Assembly (NCBI RefSeq): GCF_004376175.1
Contig: NZ_SNUY01000018.1
Location: 26,937-58,936 of the forward strand
Length of the DNA: 32,000 bases
Reading direction: 5' to 3'
Source: Halalkalibacterium halodurans
Lineage (GTDB): Bacteria; Bacillota; Bacilli; Bacillales; Bacillaceae_D
This document shows positions 25,251 to 32,000 of the stretch, piece after piece. The notes beneath the pieces were generated by a model. That model made no database searches. It was not told the origin of the DNA and saw only the letters and a list, made by a program, of their open reading frames with translations. Each line of letters opens with the position of its first letter. Position 1 is the stretch's first letter. Made by a program: the position numbers and the translations under genes.

Positions 25251-25604
25251 TTATGTTTGTCTCTTTTTAGCATACACTTTTTTTAAATCGTCCTGAACCG
25301 ATTGATCCCATAATGGAACACCAATCCGGTAGGCAGAGCGGGAAATCATAAGCCCAGCCACAGGTGCGGTCAGAAACACAAATAAGATCGTAAATAGAAT
25401 TTTCCCAACGAACAGACCTTCAATCAAGAGGAAGTAAAGGAAGGTGGCGACCATGATCGAGATAACACCGAGCGTCGCACTTTTCGTTGCCGCATGTATC
25501 CGGCCATAAACATCTGGAAAGCGAATAATCCCAACACTGCCAAGAAAGCTTAAAAACGCTCCTAGCAAGATGAATAAACTAACGATGATCTCGACTGCGG
25601 TCAA
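25251..25604 (-). CDS. mrpG: Na+/H+ antiporter subunit G
   Basis: Last gene of the seven-gene Mrp order. TTG start with SD AAAGGGGGA. 117 aa, three TM segments, size typical of MrpG. Confidence 0.85.
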   Translation of the reverse strand: MTAVEIIVSLFILLGAFLSFLGSVGIIRFPDVYGRIHAATKSATLGVISIMVATFLYFLLIEGLFVGKILFTILFVFLTAPVAGLMISRSAYRIGVPLWDQSVQDDLKKVYAKKRQT

Positions 25605-25866
25605 AAATAGTCCCCCTTTCTAAAAACTTAGCTAATGCGATGGAACCGACAAAGGCTAAGATGCCTAGCACTAGAATAACTTCCGCATAGGCGATGGTCT
25701 CTTGAAGGATCATAATAATCCCAATAAACCCAATAAGGTTAATCCCAAACGTATCAAGAGCGACAATTCGATCCGACATCGTCGGGCCGACAATGGTTCG
25801 ATAAAAGCAAGCCGCAAGGGAGAGGGACATAATGACTAAAACGACGTGTAAAACCGTTTCAAACAT
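25579..25866 (-). CDS. mrpF: Na+/H+ antiporter subunit F
   Basis: 95-aa hydrophobic protein in the MrpF position. Its start overlaps the mrpE stop by 1 nt. Confidence 0.85.
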   Translation of the reverse strand: MFETVLHVVLVIMSLSLAACFYRTIVGPTMSDRIVALDTFGINLIGFIGIIMILQETIAYAEVILVLGILAFVGSIALAKFLERGTIFDRSRDHR

Positions 25867-26342
25867 TACGCAGTCACCTCCAAAATCGCTTTTTCAAACG
25901 TGTCGTGAATTTCCCGTATCATCGCTTCCTTATCAGGCACGTGAATGGAGTGAATATAAATGTATTTCTTGTCATCTGAAAAATCCATTGACAACGTACC
26001 AGGAGTGAGAGAGATTAAGCCAGCTAAAAGGGTTAACTCCCAATCTGATTTTAGTTTTGTCGGTACCGCTACGATTCCTGGAGTAATGTCAAGCTTTGGA
26101 CTGAGAACAATTTTAGTCACGTCAATATTGGCCAATACGAGCTCCTTGAAAAACAAAACAATTAACTTGATCCATGCCCAAACCTTGCGAAAATAAAGGT
26201 CAAAGATCATAAACCTGCGGAGCGCGATTAAGATTCCAATACCGACTACATAGCCGACTAAAAAGTCAGCGAACGTAAAGCTGTTTTGTAGGAACATCCA
26301 GATGATCGCGATGACAAGGTTTAGTAATATTTGTAACGCCAT
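25866..26342 (-). CDS. mrpE: Na+/H+ antiporter subunit E
   Basis: 158 aa. Position and size fit MrpE. Confidence 0.85.
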   Translation of the reverse strand: MALQILLNLVIAIIWMFLQNSFTFADFLVGYVVGIGILIALRRFMIFDLYFRKVWAWIKLIVLFFKELVLANIDVTKIVLSPKLDITPGIVAVPTKLKSDWELTLLAGLISLTPGTLSMDFSDDKKYIYIHSIHVPDKEAMIREIHDTFEKAILEVTA

Positions 26343-26347
26343 GGCAA

Positions 26348-27829
26348 CTACTCCTTAAGCACAGATTCGATGTAGACGGATGGATTTAATAGCTCGTCGG
26401 CCACTTGCAGCGAGTATTGGAAGATTGGTTCTGCTCCGAATCCTAAGCCGATCGTTAGCACGACGAGAGGAGCGATCGGTAGCAAAAGTTTTCCAATTGG
26501 CATTTTTGCTTGCTGCTCTGTATGCTTTTGCTCGCCCCAAAACGCATAAATGAAAATCTTCATCATCGAGAAAAGGGTGAGCAAACCGACGATGAGCGCG
26601 ACAGTTACGATCACATATCGACCTTCTTCAAAGCCTGCAAGAATCAGAGCGAATTTACTGAAGAAGCCGCTTAGTGGAGGAATTCCTGCAAGTGAAATGG
26701 CTGAAATAAAGAACAACCATGCAAGCCATGGGTGGGTCTTTAAAAGGCCGCCCATCTTTTTCAATTCCGTCGTCCCTGTGATTTTTTCTGTTGCCCCTGC
26801 AAATAAGAAGAGGGCTGCTTTTACAATAATATGGTGGGCGATATAATAAATCGCACCTGCAAGGGCAAGGGGAGTAAAAATCCCGAGCCCCATGACCATG
26901 TAACCGACCTGACTAATGATGTGGTAGGAGAGGATACGCTTAAAGTCAAATTGCGATACTGCTCCCAAGACACCGAAAAACATCGTGAATCCAGCCAAAG
27001 CGAGTATTATCGTATGCGTAAAGCTCGGGTCATGGTTAAAAATAAGTGTAAATGTCCTGATAATCGCGTAAATTCCAACCTTTGTTAGCAAGCCACCGAA
27101 CAAGGCGGCAATTGCAGCAGGTGGTCCATAATAGGATCTTGGAAGCCAGAAATAGAGAGGGAATAAAGCACCCTTCATCCCGAATACGACCAAGAACAAA
27201 ATCGCGATCACATTGAGCACCCCTTGTTGCTCTAGCTCTGCCACGCGAATAGCTAAGTCCGCAAAGTTCAGTGTCCCTGTGACTGAATAGAGATAGGCGA
27301 CACCTACGATAAACAAAATGGAAGCAAAAACATTAATCACGACATATTTGAAAGACTCACGTAACTGATACTTCGTGCCTCCCAAAACAATCAACGCATA
27401 GGAAGCGATGAGCATCACTTCGAAAAAGACGAATAAGTTAAAGAGATCGCCAGTAAGAAACGCCCCATTCACTCCCGCAATTAAAAACAAGTAAAACGGA
27501 TAAAAGTAATAGCGTTCTCTTTCAGATGAAATAGTCTGAAAGGCAAAAAATAAACATGCGACGCCAACAATGCTCGAAAGAATGATCATCATCGTCGCAA
27601 ACATATCAGCGACGAGCACAATTCCGAACGGGGCTGGCCAATTTCCAAGCTGAAGTGTATAGATTCCTTCTTGATAAACAAGGGTTGCTAAATAAAAGGA
27701 AAACAACAGCAGGCCAACCATCGTTATTGCTGTAAGAAATCGTTGAATCCCGTGATGCTTTGCAAACAAAATGAGAAAGGAACCAACGATAAACGGTAAT
27801 AAAATTGGTAGAATGACTAAGTTACTCAT
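26348..27829 (-). CDS. mrpD: Na+/H+ antiporter subunit D (NuoN/NuoM-like)
   Basis: 493-aa polytopic protein with the proton-conducting-membrane-transporter fold. Overlaps mrpC by 8 nt. Confidence 0.9.
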   Translation of the reverse strand: MSNLVILPILLPFIVGSFLILFAKHHGIQRFLTAITMVGLLLFSFYLATLVYQEGIYTLQLGNWPAPFGIVLVADMFATMMIILSSIVGVACLFFAFQTISSERERYYFYPFYLFLIAGVNGAFLTGDLFNLFVFFEVMLIASYALIVLGGTKYQLRESFKYVVINVFASILFIVGVAYLYSVTGTLNFADLAIRVAELEQQGVLNVIAILFLVVFGMKGALFPLYFWLPRSYYGPPAAIAALFGGLLTKVGIYAIIRTFTLIFNHDPSFTHTIILALAGFTMFFGVLGAVSQFDFKRILSYHIISQVGYMVMGLGIFTPLALAGAIYYIAHHIIVKAALFLFAGATEKITGTTELKKMGGLLKTHPWLAWLFFISAISLAGIPPLSGFFSKFALILAGFEEGRYVIVTVALIVGLLTLFSMMKIFIYAFWGEQKHTEQQAKMPIGKLLLPIAPLVVLTIGLGFGAEPIFQYSLQVADELLNPSVYIESVLKE

Positions 27830-28160
27830 CAGCAGTTCCCCTTAATTGATCCAGATCATCTGTTTGATGTTCTTTATAGGTTCGATAAGCAAGTACGAGC
27901 AAAAAGGACGTTACCCCGAAGCTGATGACGATAGCCGTCAAGATTAAAGCTTGAGGAAGTGGATCTGCAAAGTATGGTGCATCAATGGACAGAAGCGGTG
28001 GCACGCCCCGTTGTAAGCCCGCCATCGTTAAAAGCAGGAGGTGTGCTCCATGAGACAGGAGCACAAGCCCTAAAACGACGCGTAATAGACTTTTCGTTAG
28101 AATCATGTATGTGCCGACCATAAATAGGACACCGACTGTGATGGACATTAAAATTTCCAT
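27822..28160 (-). CDS. mrpC: Na+/H+ antiporter subunit C (NuoK-like)
   Basis: 112 aa with three TM segments, in the MrpC position. Confidence 0.9.
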   Translation of the reverse strand: MEILMSITVGVLFMVGTYMILTKSLLRVVLGLVLLSHGAHLLLLTMAGLQRGVPPLLSIDAPYFADPLPQALILTAIVISFGVTSFLLVLAYRTYKEHQTDDLDQLRGTADE

Positions 28161-28600
28161 TACGCATCATCCTCCGCGATCGTCAAAATAATGGTGAGGG
28201 CGATTCCTATCACGACTAAGTAAATGCCTAAGTCGAATGGAAGTGCCGTCGTTAACTCTGTTTCTCCTAAAATCGGTAGCTGAAAGTATCTAAAATATTG
28301 AGTGAGAAACGGATCGCCAGCGAGCATGCTAGATACGCCTGTGAAAATGGCGAGCAGCAGTCCGATCGCGATCAAAGCTGTAAAGTTAAACGGAAGCGCC
28401 TTCTTCATGCTATCCATATCAAAGGCAAGGTACATGAGCAAAAAGGCACTTGCCGTCATCAATCCTCCAATAAAGCCGCCCCCTGGATCATTGTGTCCAG
28501 CAAAAAACAAGTAGACGGAAAAGGAGAGAATGATGAAGGTCACAATTCGTGTTACCGTATGAAGCATCACCTCGTTGGATTTGAACGAGTTGTTTTTCAT
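28160..28600 (-). CDS. mrpB: Na+/H+ antiporter subunit B
   Basis: 146 aa. ATGA overlap with mrpA (28597-28600). Confidence 0.9.
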   Translation of the reverse strand: MKNNSFKSNEVMLHTVTRIVTFIILSFSVYLFFAGHNDPGGGFIGGLMTASAFLLMYLAFDMDSMKKALPFNFTALIAIGLLLAIFTGVSSMLAGDPFLTQYFRYFQLPILGETELTTALPFDLGIYLVVIGIALTIILTIAEDDA

Positions 28601-31008
28601 ACATCCTCCCTCCCAGTCATCCGTAATTTAATCATCGCAATGACACCAAGTGCTGCGATTCCAAGTACGAGTACCTCAAGAAGTGTATCGAGTCCACGGA
28701 AATCAACAAGGATGACATTGACCATGTTGTATCCACCTGCAAGCTCCTTTGAGTTTTCGATGAAGTACTCAGAAATGGTTCCCAAGCCTGCTTCTGTGCC
28801 CAATGCGAAAGAGCTTAAAGCAATCAACGTGACAAGCCCACCAACACCGATGGAAATAAAGAGGTTGACGAGATTGAAACGCGGTGTGAACTTCTCTTTT
28901 CGTAGCTCTGGCAAGTGATAAAAGGCCAGCATGAAGAGAACAACTGTCACGGTCTCTACAAGTAACTGCGTAAGTGCCAAGTCTGGAGCTCGGAATATAA
29001 CAAAGAACAAAGCTAGGAGAAATCCGATGACACCGACGACAATAATCGCTGTAATGCGATGATTAATAAAAGGAATTGCAAGGGTTGACCCGATGAAAAC
29101 GAGTGTTAATACCCACATATAAGGTGAAATAACAGAGACATTTACCGTGTCAATAGCGAAGGCATTATAGCGAACCATCGTATAGCCAAACAGCAAAATC
29201 ATAAAGACACACATGTACGCAAAATAATCGCGTAGCATCCCTGTCATTTGCACTCGTGTAATTCCTTGAGAACCTTTAATTAACCAATCGAGGGAGCTGT
29301 CGTACACTCGGTTTAATGGATCGCGCTCTCTTAAGTAAAAGGCTGTTTGCTGCCATTTTTTCATGTTCATAAAAATCAAGGTTCCAAAAGCAACGACAGC
29401 GATCGTCATAAAGAGCTCAGGGTTAAACCCATGCCAAAGATAAATGTTCGCCTCTCCGCCAAAAACATCTGCTCCTAAAATGGCAGTAACGGCTGGCTCT
29501 ATAATCGTGTAAGTTAGCAAGTTAGGGAACAATCCAAAAATAACGACGAGAGAACCAAGGATAACTGGACTGATCAGCATTCCCATTGGTGCTTCATGGA
29601 CATGTACGTCGTAATTTTCCTTCTTAAACTCCCCTGTAAACGTGCGGAAAAACATGATTGCACAGTAGACGAATGTAAAAACACTTGCAACCCACGCAAG
29701 AACAGGGAACAGGAATCCCCACGTTTCCATATTAAAAATTCCTAACGTAGTGGCATTTACGACTCCAGAGAAAAACATTTCCTTACTAAGAAACCCATTG
29801 AACGGTGGTAATCCAGCCATAGCGGCGAGTCCAATTAATGAAACAGTAAAGGTCACAGGCATAATGGCCATTAATCCGCCGAGTTTACGAATATCCCTAG
29901 TACCGGTTTCATGATCAATGATTCCAACCGTCATAAACAAGCTTCCTTTAAAAGTAGCATGGTTAATTAAGTGAAAAACGGCTGCCAAAGTGGCGGTTGC
30001 ATAAAACTTTGTCGTGCTGTCAGTAGGATCAAAATGGAGAGTAGCTGACCCTAGACCGAACAAGCACATAATTAACCCAAGCTGGCTAATGGTTGAGAAG
30101 GCCAAAATGGATTTAAGGTCTTTTTGACGAACGGCTGAGATGGACCCCCAGCACAATGTAATGATCCCAAATCCTGCAAGTAACCAAAACCACTCTGGTG
30201 TTCCGCCGAAAACAGGTGTTAAGCGAGATACAAGGTAGAGCCCTGCTTTAACCATTGTTGCGGAGTGGAGGTAAGCACTGACTGGCGTCGGTGCTTCCAT
30301 TGCATCCGGAAGCCAAATGTGGAATGGAAATTGTGCAGATTTTGTAAAAGCCCCAAGAAGAACAAGAAGCATGGCTGGCAAAAACAACGTACTAGCAAGA
30401 ACAGCATCTGCTTGCTCAATGATCTCTCGGATGCTAAACGTGCCCGTAATGACGTAGAGGAGTGAAAACCCCCCGAGCATGGCAAAGCCACCAAAAACGG
30501 TAATGAGCATCGATTTCTGGGCACCGTACGTTGATTTTTCACGATGGAACCAATAACTAATTAATAGGGATGAGGCTAAACTTGTTAGCTCCCAAAATAC
30601 GTAAAGAACGATTAAGTTATCGGAGAGGACGACTCCGAGCATGGCGCCCATAAACATAAGTAAATAAACATAGAAGTTGTTCAGTTTTTCGGTCTTTTTC
30701 GACAAATAGTAGATAGAGTAAAGGGCGACAAGAGTACCAATCCCAGTGATTAAAAGAGCAAACAATAAACTAAGTCCGTCAACATAGACAGTAAAGTTGA
30801 TTCCAAGTGAAGGAACCCAAGGAATGGTTTCGTGGATTACGCCTCCGTTCGAGGTTATCGGTAATAACGATAAGAAATAGCCAAATAGCACGAGCGGAAG
30901 GACGAGCACAAACCATCCCGTATGTATGGATCTTGTGTATTTATACAAAATAGGAATGAAGATCGCAAGTAAAAAAGGTGAAACTGTAGCCCAATGCAAA
31001 AGCGTCAA
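28597..31008 (-). CDS. mrpA: Na+/H+ antiporter subunit A (NuoL-like with MrpA C-terminal extension)
   Basis: 803 aa. TTG start with SD AGAAGGAGG. The N-terminus MTLLHWATVSPFLLAIFIPILYKY and the length are typical of Bacillus MrpA. Confidence 0.95.
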   Translation of the reverse strand: MTLLHWATVSPFLLAIFIPILYKYTRSIHTGWFVLVLPLVLFGYFLSLLPITSNGGVIHETIPWVPSLGINFTVYVDGLSLLFALLITGIGTLVALYSIYYLSKKTEKLNNFYVYLLMFMGAMLGVVLSDNLIVLYVFWELTSLASSLLISYWFHREKSTYGAQKSMLITVFGGFAMLGGFSLLYVITGTFSIREIIEQADAVLASTLFLPAMLLVLLGAFTKSAQFPFHIWLPDAMEAPTPVSAYLHSATMVKAGLYLVSRLTPVFGGTPEWFWLLAGFGIITLCWGSISAVRQKDLKSILAFSTISQLGLIMCLFGLGSATLHFDPTDSTTKFYATATLAAVFHLINHATFKGSLFMTVGIIDHETGTRDIRKLGGLMAIMPVTFTVSLIGLAAMAGLPPFNGFLSKEMFFSGVVNATTLGIFNMETWGFLFPVLAWVASVFTFVYCAIMFFRTFTGEFKKENYDVHVHEAPMGMLISPVILGSLVVIFGLFPNLLTYTIIEPAVTAILGADVFGGEANIYLWHGFNPELFMTIAVVAFGTLIFMNMKKWQQTAFYLRERDPLNRVYDSSLDWLIKGSQGITRVQMTGMLRDYFAYMCVFMILLFGYTMVRYNAFAIDTVNVSVISPYMWVLTLVFIGSTLAIPFINHRITAIIVVGVIGFLLALFFVIFRAPDLALTQLLVETVTVVLFMLAFYHLPELRKEKFTPRFNLVNLFISIGVGGLVTLIALSSFALGTEAGLGTISEYFIENSKELAGGYNMVNVILVDFRGLDTLLEVLVLGIAALGVIAMIKLRMTGREDV

Positions 31009-31109
31009 GTCAAAAAACCTCCTTCTAGTATCAAATCAATCAACTGGGCAATTTCTTTAATTCCCCCTTAAGCAGGTCCGAAACCCGAACATTCTCCAAA
31101 CTAACGTAA

Positions 31110-31118
31110 ATTATAACA
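31110..31118 (-). promoter_or_regulatory. extended -10 element (TGTTATAAT) upstream of mrpA
   Basis: The minus strand reads TGTTATAAT about 100 nt upstream of the mrpA start. The -35 is poor. A separate TTGACA lies at 31160-31165. Confidence 0.4.
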
Positions 31119-31252
31119 CTATTTAGTATGGTGTGCATCCTTTGTGGCTATTCGGATTGTGTCAACCTTTTGTGGGAGGAGTATTTTCCATCCTCATATG
31201 TGTAAGCGAATTCAGGATTTTAGGGTTCTCCTCGTTGAGAATCTTATGGTTT

Positions 31253-32000
31253 TTAAAAGCCTTTCAAGTCTTTCAGTGCTCGATACACTGGAATATTCGC
31301 TCTTTGTTTGAGATACATGACGTTGTTACGTGTCGCTTCGCCAATTGTACTTTCTACCTTCTCCACAAAATACTTTGGAGGACGTTCTTCTTTTGGTTCT
31401 GTCCATTTTTCAACGCGACCAATCAGTGTTTTGAGCGGAATTTTATCCATCAACGCAACCATCGCTGTCATCATGGCACTAGCACCTTTTTCAACCCAAC
31501 TTCGTCCATTTTTTAGACGCTTCGCAAAGACACTCATCGTTCCCTCGGCACTTCCCATTGGACGGAACCCTGTCGGATCAATTCCTTGATCTTTCAGCCA
31601 TTCTCTATAATCTCCCAATGCTTCAGGGTATTGCTCAAGCTGATGAATCAGCGCCTCTAAACGCTCTTCTTTCGCTTCTGTCTCAAGCGTTCCCACTGCA
31701 CTGTTTAGCTCTATCATGAGGGTTTCTCCATCGTACTTTGCGAGGGCTTTCTGCATAGCCCGATAACGCCGATGACCTTTGAACAATCTTCTAATATCAC
31801 GTGCTACATGGAAACGATCAATCGTAAAGAAGGCTCGCCCTTGAAAATAATCTCGACAACTGGTGATCCAGGTGGCTCCATCCCCATTAATGACCAGTCG
31901 ATGCACCGCAGGGTCGTAGTCAAACGTCTCCATGAGAAAAGTCTCAAGCCCCTCCCAAAACGGTTCTTTCCCTCGATGAACATAATGTCGCTTTTCTTTT
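31253..32000 (-). CDS. ISLre2-family transposase, C-terminal part (the ORF continues past the window end)
   Basis: The frame is open to nt 32000 upstream of the listed Met. INGDGATWITSCRDYF...FTIDRFHVARDI matches the ISLre2/UPF0236 pattern recalled from memory. Confidence 0.65.
   Translation of the reverse strand, partial: KEKRHYVHRGKEPFWEGLETFLMETFDYDPAVHRLVINGDGATWITSCRDYFQGRAFFTIDRFHVARDIRRLFKGHRRYRAMQKALAKYDGETLMIELNSAVGTLETEAKEERLEALIHQLEQYPEALGDYREWLKDQGIDPTGFRPMGSAEGTMSVFAKRLKNGRSWVEKGASAMMTAMVALMDKIPLKTLIGRVEKWTEPKEERPPKYFVEKVESTIGEATRNNVMYLKQRANIPVYRALKDLKGF

Noticed and set aside
28298-28918. A 206-aa plus-strand ORF (with a nested 70-aa ORF) antisense to mrpB and mrpA
   Set aside because: It lies entirely inside two strongly supported membrane-protein genes. 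It has no SD, and its Ser/Lys/Pro-rich composition is typical of a shadow frame opposite hydrophobic codons.
1-32000. CRISPR arrays, tRNA genes or rRNA genes
   Set aside because: I saw no regularly spaced 25-40-bp repeats with unique spacers. The intergenic regions show no tRNA-like cloverleaf candidates or rRNA-like stretches. The only regular repeats are the operator and TGGCAC arrays described above.

Overview
This is a 32-kb chromosomal segment from a spore-forming Bacillaceae. That placement is inferred from protein signatures only; no database search was possible.

Housekeeping content:
- A complete seven-gene Mrp Na+/H+ antiporter operon (mrpA-G, minus strand, 25251-31008).
- An uninterrupted pro-sigma-K gene (5965-6672).
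- A heme catalase, HU (hbs), pssA and psd.
- An AGCS amino-acid:cation symporter, an AA10 lytic polysaccharide monooxygenase, a CE4 polysaccharide deacetylase, a GNAT acetyltransferase and an alpha/beta hydrolase.

Mobile DNA:
- A G+C-richer four-gene transposon module at the left edge (1-~2990): DUF6431-like protein, rve transposase, TniB/ExeA-type ATPase and a DUF5348-like protein.
- An IS with a 500-aa IS5/IS1182-like transposase (17701-19203).
- A truncated ISLre2-like transposase at the right edge, about 245 bp upstream of mrpA.

The most unusual stretch is 6.7-14.9 kb, downstream of sigK. It contains:
- A frame-broken SPOCS/DUF3794-like spore gene.
- An orphan XRE / ImmA-peptidase pair coupled to an unrecognisable 118-aa ORF, controlled by a five-operator divergent-promoter switch.
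- An ArpU-type late regulator followed by an 11-bp-phased TGGCAC triple repeat.
- A minimal holin-like (BhlA) plus CwlC-type amidase cassette with a sigma-K-like -10 element.
- Two small operons of unknown function (lipoprotein plus hyper-acidic protein; secreted PPC-domain protein plus a 249-aa protein).

An Sda-like sporulation-kinase inhibitor gene with an overlapping partner ORF sits next to the IS. I saw no rRNA, tRNA or CRISPR array. All family assignments come from motif recognition by eye, and coordinates of regulatory sites were hand-indexed.
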